Of a stretch of 64,000 nt of DNA, positions 32,931 through 40,184 are shown piece by piece; position 1 is the stretch's first letter, and each line of letters opens with the position of its first letter. Where the stretch lies: contig DASSJY010000002.1 of NCBI GenBank assembly GCA_035690945.1, forward strand, positions 19,182 to 83,181, in the 5' to 3' direction. The notes under the pieces were generated by a model, which saw only the letters and a list, made by a program, of their open reading frames with translations, was not told where the DNA came from and did no database searches. The DNA comes from Gammaproteobacteria bacterium. Lineage in GTDB: Bacteria > Pseudomonadota > Gammaproteobacteria > Natronospirales > DASSBR01. A program made the translations under genes and the position numbers.

Positions 32931-34202
32931 TTACCCATGACTCAACTCGATTCGGTCGTACTGGCTCCATTGGGAGGTATCCGACACAATGACCTTGTCG
33001 CCTGGCTTGAGCCCGGCGACGACCTGTACGGCATTGGCCGACGTGCGGCCCAGTTCCACCTTGGTGCGCGTGGCGAGATCACTGCCCGGCACCAGCCGGA
33101 ACACGCTCAGCGTATCGCCCGCCTGCACGCCCGCCGGCCGATCCATGTAGAGCACGTTGTCGAGCTTCGCGAGCACGATTTCGCCCTGCACGTCCAACCC
33201 GCTGCGCAAGTCCTTGGGCGGGTCTCCGACCGGCGCGACATCGATTTCGACGGTGCCGTTCTCCACCGTCGGATTGACGCGAATGACCTTGCCGGTGAAC
33301 GTGCTGTTGGCGCCGCCGAACGCGGTCAGCATCACGTGTTGACCGATCGCGATCGCCCCCGCTTGCGATTCGGCGACCTGCAACTTGGCCATCAGGTTGT
33401 TCTGCTGCGCGATGCGCGCTATGTCCGCGCCAACCGCCAGGTGCTGACCGTCCTGTATTGCGACCTGCGTGACGATGCCGGTCATGCCGGCCTTGACGTG
33501 CAGATTTTCGAGGTCGTACTGGCGCGCGACGAGATCGGCCTCAAGCTGCGCAACTTCCGCCTGCTTCGCGTTCACCTGCGCCTCAAGGCTTGCCTTGAAT
33601 TGCTGAATGCGCTGTTTGTCGGAAGCGACCTTCTGCTTGAGCTGCTCCGCCTTCGCAATCGTCTGCCGGTAATCCAGCTCGGAAATGATGTGTTCCTTGA
33701 CGACCTGCGCCTGCGCTTTCTTCTGAAACTGCGCGACCTGGTAATTGCTTTCGTCCTGCGCCAGCGTATTCTCGAGGTCGAGCAACTGGCTTTGAAGTTG
33801 CGCCTTCAGCGATGCGAGGTCCGCCTTGCCGGTTGCCACTTTCGTTTTCGCCTGCGCGACCGCCTGCACCACTTCAGGGTTGTGCATGACGGCCAGCACC
33901 GTGTCCGGTTCCGCGTGGTCGCCCGGCCGCACCAGGCGCTTCTCGACCACGCCGACGGCAGGCGCGGTGACCCATTGGATAACGCGCGGCGTCAAAACGC
34001 CCGACGCCTGCACGGTGATTGTGAGCGGGCCCTGCTTGACAGTACTGACCAGCACCGACGAGCGTGGCACGCTCGGCGCTGCAGGCTTGAGAAACGCCAC
34101 CAGCACGATGGCGGCTATGACGACGGCGGCGACGGAACCGATCAGCGCAAAGCGCTTGCGCTGGCGTTTGCGGCGATGTTCGGCGGAACGGGGCTTGTCC
34201 AT
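32931..34202 (-). CDS. HlyD/MacA-type periplasmic adaptor (membrane fusion protein)
   Basis: N-terminal basic segment plus TM helix (RKRFALIGSVAAVVIAAIVLVAFL), a long coiled-coil region (KADLASLKAQLQSQLLDLENTLAQDESNY...) and a C-terminal beta-barrel-like part. I chose the ATG at 34202 (AGAGGA upstream). The ORF-track TTG at 34238 directly abuts the sigma54 promoter and cannot be the start. Confidence 0.85.
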   Translation of the reverse strand: MDKPRSAEHRRKRQRKRFALIGSVAAVVIAAIVLVAFLKPAAPSVPRSSVLVSTVKQGPLTITVQASGVLTPRVIQWVTAPAVGVVEKRLVRPGDHAEPDTVLAVMHNPEVVQAVAQAKTKVATGKADLASLKAQLQSQLLDLENTLAQDESNYQVAQFQKKAQAQVVKEHIISELDYRQTIAKAEQLKQKVASDKQRIQQFKASLEAQVNAKQAEVAQLEADLVARQYDLENLHVKAGMTGIVTQVAIQDGQHLAVGADIARIAQQNNLMAKLQVAESQAGAIAIGQHVMLTAFGGANSTFTGKVIRVNPTVENGTVEIDVAPVGDPPKDLRSGLDVQGEIVLAKLDNVLYMDRPAGVQAGDTLSVFRLVPGSDLATRTKVELGRTSANAVQVVAGLKPGDKVIVSDTSQWSQYDRIELSHG

Positions 34203-34238
34203 GAAATCCTCTGGTTGCGGGTTATACCGTATACGCAA

Positions 34239-34253
34239 GCAAAATCCGTGCCA
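34239..34253 (-). promoter_or_regulatory. sigma54 (-24/-12) promoter P1 of the adaptor-ATPase-permease operon
   Basis: The - strand reads TGGCAC-GGATT-TTGC, a full match to the TGGCAC-N5-TTGC consensus. The predicted transcription start lies about 25 nt upstream of the adaptor ATG. Confidence 0.75.
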
Positions 34254-34272
34254 GACAGAACTTGTCTATAAA

Positions 34273-34285
34273 TATCAATCTGTTG
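34273..34285. promoter_or_regulatory. candidate IHF site between UAS1 and P1
   Basis: TATCAATCTGTTG matches WATCAANNNNTTR. It lies inside an AT-rich stretch between the palindrome and the -24 element. Confidence 0.4.
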
Positions 34286-34320
34286 CACTTACTTATTAAG
34301 GTAAACGTTGATCTACGGCT

Positions 34321-34355
34321 GTTCGATTATGGGACGCCACGTCCCATAATCGAAC
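34321..34355. promoter_or_regulatory. UAS1: perfect 16-bp-arm palindrome, candidate enhancer-binding-protein site
   Basis: GTTCGATTATGGGACG-cca-CGTCCCATAATCGAAC, with perfect arms. Its centre is about 86 bp upstream of the P1 -24 GG. Confidence 0.6.
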
Positions 34356-34391
34356 GATTGAAGCACCGGACCGGACGGCAAAGTAACGTAT

Positions 34392-34622
34392 CTACCATGA
34401 ATGGATTCGCCCGTATGACAGAAGCGAACCCGGCTCGCCGCAGTGGCGGGCCATTCTTTTCCGGCCTTCAGCACACGGAAGATTTTCGCGCCGATCCGCT
34501 GCCGATACGCCTATGTCAGGTAGCTCAAAGCGGCGGGGCGCGCCGTCGTTGCCGCAGGCGATGAGTTGTTTCCTACGCGAGCCTGCAATTCCGGGCGTAG
34601 GCACACGCAATAGTCCGTTCAT
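34392..34622 (-). CDS. candidate small ORF (76 aa) downstream of sigma54 promoter P2; it could instead be a non-coding leader or sRNA
   Basis: The ATG is preceded by GGAGA 7 nt upstream and lies about 55 nt from the predicted P2 transcription start. No recognisable family, signal peptide or TM segment. Three Cys. Codon usage is poorer than neighbouring genes, with several rare codons (CTA, ATA, AGA, AGG). Confidence 0.3.
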   Translation of the reverse strand: MNGLLRVPTPGIAGSRRKQLIACGNDGAPRRFELPDIGVSAADRRENLPCAEGRKRMARHCGEPGSLLSYGRIHSW

Positions 34623-34688
34623 GTCACTGTCTCCGAATTACGTTTAACATCGATCCACTTCAAAAGCGGACCTCCTGCATTTAATCAA

Positions 34689-34703
34689 GCAAATTACGTG
34701 CCA
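34689..34703 (-). promoter_or_regulatory. sigma54 (-24/-12) promoter P2
   Basis: The - strand reads TGGCAC-GTAAT-TTGC, a second full consensus match, 450 bp upstream of P1. Confidence 0.65.
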
Positions 34704-34767
34704 GTACTGGTGTTGGATGTATTTCAAGCACTTAGCGTTTAGTTGCCCTGCATAAGGCGGTAACATT

Positions 34768-34802
34768 TATCGATTCCGGGACGACGCGTTCCATAATCGA
34801 AG
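34768..34802. promoter_or_regulatory. UAS2: imperfect copy of the UAS1 palindrome
   Basis: TATCGATTCCGGGACG-acg-CGTTCCATAATCGAAG matches UAS1 at 12/16 and 14/16 arm positions with the same 3-bp spacer. Its centre is about 84 bp upstream of the P2 -24 GG. It lies just upstream of the divergent regulator gene. Confidence 0.5.
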
Positions 34803-34844
34803 ATCGTGTACCATGCGGCAGCATCGAAAGCGCATCATTTCCCC

Positions 34845-36212
34845 ATGACCCAGCCCAACATTCTTATCGCCGACGACAAGCAGCACATCCTCGATAGCCT
34901 GCGGCTGCTGCTGAAAAACGAGAACCTGCGCCCGCTTTGCGTACAGTCGCCGGCCGCGGCGCTCGAAGCGTTGGGTGCGCAGGTGTTCGACGCTGCCCTG
35001 ATCGACCTCAACTACACCCGGGACACCACCTCCGGCGCCGAGGGGTTGGAACTGCTACAGGCTCTGCATCGTCTCGACGACTGTCTTCCGGTCATCGTCA
35101 TGACCGCCTGGGGCAGCGTCGAACTGGCCGTCGAGGCCATGCGCCAGGGCGCAGCGGATTTCATTGAGAAGCCGTGGGACGATGCGCGCCTGCTCAGCGT
35201 GCTGCGTAACCAGATTGCGCTGGCGCGCGCGCTCAAACAGGGCCGCCGGTTGAACGCGGAAAACGCCGCACTGCGCGAACGCCGTCCGATTGACTTCATC
35301 GCCGAGTCGCCGGCCATGCGGGAAGTCATGCGGCTCGCCGACCAAGTGGCATCCGCTGATGCGGGCGTGCTGATCACCGGCGAGAACGGCACGGGCAAAG
35401 GTGTGCTGGCGCGGCACATTCACGATCTGTCCGCGCGCGCCGGGCAGCCGTTCATTCGCGTCAATCTCGGCGGGCTGGCGGAGTCGCTGTTCGAAAGCGA
35501 GTTGTTCGGCCACGTCAAGGGTGCGTTCACCGATGCCAAGTCCGATCGCATCGGCCGCTTCGAACTGGCCGACGGCGGCACGTTGTTTCTGGATGAAATC
35601 GGCAACCTGACGATGGAGCAGCAGGCGCGGTTGCTGCACGTGCTGGAGGAAGGCGAATTCGAACGCGTTGGCGCTTCGCGGCCGATCCGGGTCGATGTGC
35701 GTATCGTGTCCGCAACGAACGTCGATCTGCAAAGAGCCATAGGCTCCGGGCACTTCCGCAAGGATTTGTATTACCGGCTCAACACGGTACGCATCGAATT
35801 GCCGCCGCTGCGTGACCGCCCGCAGGACATCGAACCGCTGACCATGCAGTTCCTGGCACACAACGCACAACGCTACGGCAAGAGCATTTTCGGTCTTGCC
35901 CCCGAGGCCGCCGCCGCGCTCGCCCGCTACCCATGGCCGGGCAACGTGCGCGAACTGCAGCACGTGATGGAACGCGCGGTGCTGCTCGCCCAGGACAATG
36001 TTTTGACGGCGCAGGATCTACGGCTGGAAACCGCCGACGCGATCGGCGACGCCGCCGGATTGGAATACATGACGCTCGCCGACGCCGAGCAGCATTTGAT
36101 TCGCACCGCACTGGATCGCTGCGGCGGCAGCACCAATGAAGCGGCTGCGATGCTCGGCGTGAGTCGCAGCGCTCTGTATCGACGGTTGCAGCGGTATGGC
36201 ATCGGCGATTAG
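34845..36212 (+). CDS. sigma54-dependent response regulator (NtrC family enhancer-binding protein)
   Basis: The REC domain has ILIADD and the phosphoacceptor context AALIDLNY. The AAA+ domain has Walker A GENGTGKG, the sigma54-contact loop as GAFTDA, and RVGASRPIRVDVRIVSATN. A C-terminal Fis-type HTH is present (AAAMLGVSRSALYRRLQRYGI). I prefer the ATG at 34845; the GTG at 34806 is the ORF-track alternative. Confidence 0.9.
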   Translation: MTQPNILIADDKQHILDSLRLLLKNENLRPLCVQSPAAALEALGAQVFDAALIDLNYTRDTTSGAEGLELLQALHRLDDCLPVIVMTAWGSVELAVEAMRQGAADFIEKPWDDARLLSVLRNQIALARALKQGRRLNAENAALRERRPIDFIAESPAMREVMRLADQVASADAGVLITGENGTGKGVLARHIHDLSARAGQPFIRVNLGGLAESLFESELFGHVKGAFTDAKSDRIGRFELADGGTLFLDEIGNLTMEQQARLLHVLEEGEFERVGASRPIRVDVRIVSATNVDLQRAIGSGHFRKDLYYRLNTVRIELPPLRDRPQDIEPLTMQFLAHNAQRYGKSIFGLAPEAAAALARYPWPGNVRELQHVMERAVLLAQDNVLTAQDLRLETADAIGDAAGLEYMTLADAEQHLIRTALDRCGGSTNEAAAMLGVSRSALYRRLQRYGIGD

Positions 36213-37563
36213 TCACCATGCCGGAGCGCGAAAACGCGGGACTCGAGCGCGGCGGCCGCGTTCGTTCGAGACGCGTCTCGCGCTGTGGATACTGGTCGCC
36301 GCCCTGCCCGCCCTGCTCGGCTTCGCCATTCTGTTATGGCGCGTCGATGCCCCGCCACCGGCCTGGATCGCCTTCGCGCTGACGTTCTGCTGGCCGCTGG
36401 CGGTCGCACTTCGTGGGCGCCATCGCTTCACTTATGCGCTGCGCACGCTCACCAACCTGATGGAATCGCTCAAGGAAGGCAGCTACACGCTGCGCGGCAC
36501 GCATGCGCACAAGCCGGGCGTGCTGGGCGAGGTGACGGACCATCTCAACGCGCTCGCGGCCAGCCTGCAAGGCGAGCGTGTCGCATCGCAGGAAGCCGGG
36601 GCGCTGTTGAGCAAGGTGGTGGATGAAGTCGATATCGCGGTGCTCACGTTCGACGATCTGGAACGGCTGACGTTCATCAATCCGGCCGGCGAGCATCTGC
36701 TCGGGGAAGACCGCAAAGCGCTGATGCACCGCCCTGCGGCGGCGCTGCAACTAAGCTCGCTGCTGCGCGGGCCGCAGGCAGCGACGGTGCAGCGCGCCTT
36801 TCCCGGGGGCGCCGGGCCGTGGGATATTCGCCGACGGATATTCCGGCAGGAAGGTCACCGCCGTCACCTGCTCGTCATGACGGACGTCAGCCGCGCATTG
36901 CGCGAGGAAGAACGGCACGCGTGGCATCAGCTGATTCGCGTGCTGGGCCACGAGATCAACAACTCCCTGGCGCCGATTCGCAGCACCGCCTCGACACTCG
37001 CACGTCTCGCACAAAAGGAACCGCTGCCGGAAGACTGGCGTGATGACATGGCAGAGGGCCTGGATCTGGTGGGCAAACGGGCCGAGTCGCTACGTCGCTT
37101 CATGCGCGCCTACACAATGCTGGCGCGGCTGCCACCGCCAAAGAAGCGGCGCCTGCGGCTCGCACCCCTGATTGCGCGCGTGGCAGCGTTCGATCCGCGG
37201 CGGCGCGCAACGGTGTCGGCGGGACGTCCGCTGACGATAGAGGCGGATGCCGACCAGATCGAACAGGCGCTGATCAACCTTATCAAGAATGCGATCGATG
37301 CGACCGAGGAAGGCGGCGGCGCGGTGACGATTCAGTGGCGCGCAAAAGAGGGCGAGGCCGTAATCGAGGTGATCGACGACGGCCCCGGTCTCGCCGGCAG
37401 CCAGAATCTGTTCGTGCCGTTCTTCACAACCAAGCCGGGCGGCAGCGGGATCGGCCTGGCGCTGGGTCGGCAGATCGCCGAAGCGCACGGCGGCACCTTG
37501 ACCCTGGAAAACCGCCGGGATGCGTACGGCTGCGTAGCGCGGTTGTCGCTGCCTATTCAGTAG
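36196..37563 (+). CDS. sensor histidine kinase (NtrB/AtoS-like H-box) with minimal periplasmic loop
   Basis: Two N-terminal TM helices are separated by only RVDAPPP. H-box is LGHEINNSLAPI, N-box LINLIKNAIDA, G-boxes DDGPGL and GGSGIGLAL. Overlaps the regulator stop by 17 nt. Confidence 0.88.
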   Translation: MASAISHHAGARKRGTRARRPRSFETRLALWILVAALPALLGFAILLWRVDAPPPAWIAFALTFCWPLAVALRGRHRFTYALRTLTNLMESLKEGSYTLRGTHAHKPGVLGEVTDHLNALAASLQGERVASQEAGALLSKVVDEVDIAVLTFDDLERLTFINPAGEHLLGEDRKALMHRPAAALQLSSLLRGPQAATVQRAFPGGAGPWDIRRRIFRQEGHRRHLLVMTDVSRALREEERHAWHQLIRVLGHEINNSLAPIRSTASTLARLAQKEPLPEDWRDDMAEGLDLVGKRAESLRRFMRAYTMLARLPPPKKRRLRLAPLIARVAAFDPRRRATVSAGRPLTIEADADQIEQALINLIKNAIDATEEGGGAVTIQWRAKEGEAVIEVIDDGPGLAGSQNLFVPFFTTKPGGSGIGLALGRQIAEAHGGTLTLENRRDAYGCVARLSLPIQ

Positions 37564-37877
37564 GCCGGATAGGTTGGCGGCTGCGACAGGATCTGCACGC
37601 GGTCACCCACCTGGAACGCCGGCTGCGCGGGCAGCGCGATCGTCTGCACCGAACCGTTGTCGAGACGGATCGTTACCTGATAATCCGTCGCCGACAGCGA
37701 CTGGATCGAGCTGATCACGCCGCAATTGGTGCAGGCGCCGCTCGCCGGGGCTGCAGCCAGCCGCGGCTGCGGCAGGGACGAAGGTTGAGTGGGTTCCGGC
37801 GCACAGCCGGCCAGCAGGATCATGACGCCGAAGGCGACTCCGCCGAGAAGTCGGACGGAACTCTTTCCAATATCCAT
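37557..37877 (-). CDS. hypothetical lipoprotein
   Basis: 106 aa with lipobox LLAGC after a hydrophobic signal segment. No family recognised. The 3' end overlaps the kinase stop by 7 nt in convergent orientation. Confidence 0.55.
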   Translation of the reverse strand: MDIGKSSVRLLGGVAFGVMILLAGCAPEPTQPSSLPQPRLAAAPASGACTNCGVISSIQSLSATDYQVTIRLDNGSVQTIALPAQPAFQVGDRVQILSQPPTYPAY

Positions 37878-37933
37878 TTTTTTATCTGCTCCAATTCCTT
37901 AGGAACTACGAAAAAGTATAGCACGCGATTCGA

Positions 37934-38782
37934 TCAGCGCCCGCTTCCGGTTTCAACAGCGCGACCAGGATCACGAATCCATTCGCTGAACGAGCCGGCG
38001 TACAGTCGTGACCCGTGCAGGCCCGCGACTTCCATCGCGAGCATGTTGTGGCAGGCGGTAACGCCCGAGCCGCAGGAATGGACGACTTCCGCCGGGTCCG
38101 CGTCGCCGAGCGCGGCGCGGAACCGCCCGGCCAGTTCGGCCGGCGGCCGGAACCGGCCTTCCGCATCGAGATTGTCCTTGAACGGCAGATTGATCGCGCC
38201 GGGGATATGGCCGGCGACCGGATCCACGGGCTCGTTTTTACCGGCATAACGATCGGCGTCACGCGCGTCGACCAGCCAGCCGGTGCGCTCACGCGTCATC
38301 TCTTCCACCTCATCCGTGCGCAGCCACAGATCGTGATCGACCTGGGGCTTGAACGTGCGCGCCGCCGGGTGGGATGTGTGCTGGTCGAGCGGTCGGCCTT
38401 CCGCGCGCCAGCGGTTCAGGCCGCCGTCGAGCACCGCCACCTGGCTGTGGCCAAGCCAGCGCGCGAGCCACCACAGGCGCGCGGCAAACGCGCCGCCGCG
38501 ATCGTCACAGGCAACGATTTGCGACTGCGAGCCGACACCCCACCCCGCCAGCTTGCCGGCAAGCAGATCGGGATCGGGCAGTGGATGGCGGCCGGTACGA
38601 GGTCCGGTCGGCCCCGACAGGTCGCGCTCCAGGTCGGCGAAGCGCGCGCCGGGAATATGACCTTCCCGCCACGCGCGCTCGCCGGCCTGTGGATCGGCAA
38701 GGTCGAATCGGCAGTCGAAGACGACCCATTGCGGGTCGTCGAGATGGCCGGCCAACTGTTCCGTTGTGACCAGCGTCTCCAT
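37934..38782 (-). CDS. sseA: 3-mercaptopyruvate/thiosulfate sulfurtransferase (tandem rhodanese)
   Basis: 282 aa with two rhodanese domains and the active-site loop CGSGVTACH, typical of the SseA/MST family. Confidence 0.85.
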   Translation of the reverse strand: METLVTTEQLAGHLDDPQWVVFDCRFDLADPQAGERAWREGHIPGARFADLERDLSGPTGPRTGRHPLPDPDLLAGKLAGWGVGSQSQIVACDDRGGAFAARLWWLARWLGHSQVAVLDGGLNRWRAEGRPLDQHTSHPAARTFKPQVDHDLWLRTDEVEEMTRERTGWLVDARDADRYAGKNEPVDPVAGHIPGAINLPFKDNLDAEGRFRPPAELAGRFRAALGDADPAEVVHSCGSGVTACHNMLAMEVAGLHGSRLYAGSFSEWIRDPGRAVETGSGR

Positions 38783-38800
38783 TATTCGTTGCGGCCGACT

Positions 38801-39241
38801 TCAGCCCTGACTGGTCTGTTTCCAGACCACCGCCGTCCACGCCCCGTTGCCATGTGGCTTTGCGGCGATGAAATAGACCTTGCCGGGAACGACGGTAAGC
38901 TTGATCGTATCCTTGGTCTGACGCCACAGCGGCGTGCCTGGCGCAGCGATGTTGGCGCTCGGCACATGACCGCGATTGGCGATGCCTTCGGCCCGGAATT
39001 GCAATGTATAAGTTCCGGGCTTCAGGTAAATCAGCGGCTCGCCCTCCTTGAACACGCGCTGGCCGTTGATCTTCCACAGGTAGAGCTGGTGCATCCGCTG
39101 CGCTTTAAAGCCGCCGTTAAGGCGCAGCACAGCGTGCGGCTGGTTGTCGCTGGCAAACATGTTCACGTTGTCGCCCGCCAATGCGGGCATTGCCGACGCC
39201 GCAAACAGCAGCGCCAGCGCGAAGGGTAACAGTCGTTTCAT
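38801..39241 (-). CDS. hypothetical secreted protein
   Basis: 146 aa with a clear signal peptide MKRLLPFALALLFAASAMPALA. No family recognised. Confidence 0.55.
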   Translation of the reverse strand: MKRLLPFALALLFAASAMPALAGDNVNMFASDNQPHAVLRLNGGFKAQRMHQLYLWKINGQRVFKEGEPLIYLKPGTYTLQFRAEGIANRGHVPSANIAAPGTPLWRQTKDTIKLTVVPGKVYFIAAKPHGNGAWTAVVWKQTSQG

Positions 39242-39299
39242 GGCTGATCCTCCATTAAGCCACTACACTATCAGTATACGCTGACCCGGGAAAATCAAG

Positions 39300-40121
39300 A
39301 TGGCCGACCTTCGCGACAAGACGCTCTTCATCAGCGGCGGCAGCCGTGGTATCGGCGAAGCCATTGCGCTGCGCGCCGCGGCCGACGGCGCCAACGTCGT
39401 CATCGCGGCGAAGACAGCGCGCCCGCACCCGAAACTGCCGGGCACCATCTACACCGCCGCCGAAGCCATTGAAAAAGCCGGCGGGCGCGCGCTGCCGCTC
39501 CAGGTAGACATCCGGGATGCCGACGCGGTCCGTGCCGCCGCCGAACACGCGGCCGAGCATTTCGGCGGCATCGACATACTGGTCAACAATGCCAGCGCCA
39601 TCAACCTCACCCGTCTGGCGGACACGCCGGTCAAGCGCCTCGACCTGATGCTTGAGGTGAACCTGCGCGGCACCTATATTTGTGCGCAGACGTGTCTGCC
39701 GTACCTGAAGCAGGCGGCGAACCCACACATCCTGACCCTGTCGCCACCGCTGAACCTCGCCCCGAAATGGTTCGAGAACCACGCGGCGTACACCATCTCG
39801 AAATACGGCATGAGCCTGTGCGTCCTGGGCCTGTCCGCCGAATTGCGCGAGGCCGGCATCGGCGTGAATGCTTTATGGCCACGCACGGTCATCGCGACCG
39901 CCGCCATCAACATGCTCGGCGACCGGGTCAAGCCCGCCAACTGCCGCAAACCGGAGATCATGGCCGACGCGGCACACGCAATTCTGGTCCGGCCGGCGCG
40001 GGAAACGACGGGCCGGTTCTTCATCGACGAGGAAGTGCTGCGTGAGACGGGTTTGAAATCGATGGATCGATACGCGGTTGAACCGGGAGCCCCGTTGGTG
40101 CCGGATTTATTTCTGGATTGA
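39300..40121 (+). CDS. SDR family NAD(P)-dependent oxidoreductase
   Basis: Cofactor motif ISGGSRGIGEA, NNAS motif, and catalytic YxxxK in YTISKYG. Confidence 0.85.
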   Translation: MADLRDKTLFISGGSRGIGEAIALRAAADGANVVIAAKTARPHPKLPGTIYTAAEAIEKAGGRALPLQVDIRDADAVRAAAEHAAEHFGGIDILVNNASAINLTRLADTPVKRLDLMLEVNLRGTYICAQTCLPYLKQAANPHILTLSPPLNLAPKWFENHAAYTISKYGMSLCVLGLSAELREAGIGVNALWPRTVIATAAINMLGDRVKPANCRKPEIMADAAHAILVRPARETTGRFFIDEEVLRETGLKSMDRYAVEPGAPLVPDLFLD

Positions 40122-40153
40122 GTCTTGAATTTTCCCGCTGCAACATTACAATA

Positions 40154-40182
40154 GTTAGCATGCTAACTTTTCGCATGCTAAC
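40154..40182. promoter_or_regulatory. candidate MarR-type operator
   Basis: Perfect 14-bp palindrome GTTAGCATGCTAAC (40154..40167) plus a repeated half-site GCATGCTAAC (40173..40182). It ends 2 nt before the marR-like ATG. TACAAT at 40147..40152 is a possible -10. Confidence 0.5.
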
Positions 40183-40184
40183 AG

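Noticed and set aside
34262-34564. 100-aa + strand ORF in the regulatory intergenic region
   Set aside because: It has no ribosome-binding site or promoter logic, it crosses UAS1 and the IHF site, and it has an Arg-rich tail. The - strand elements explain the region better.
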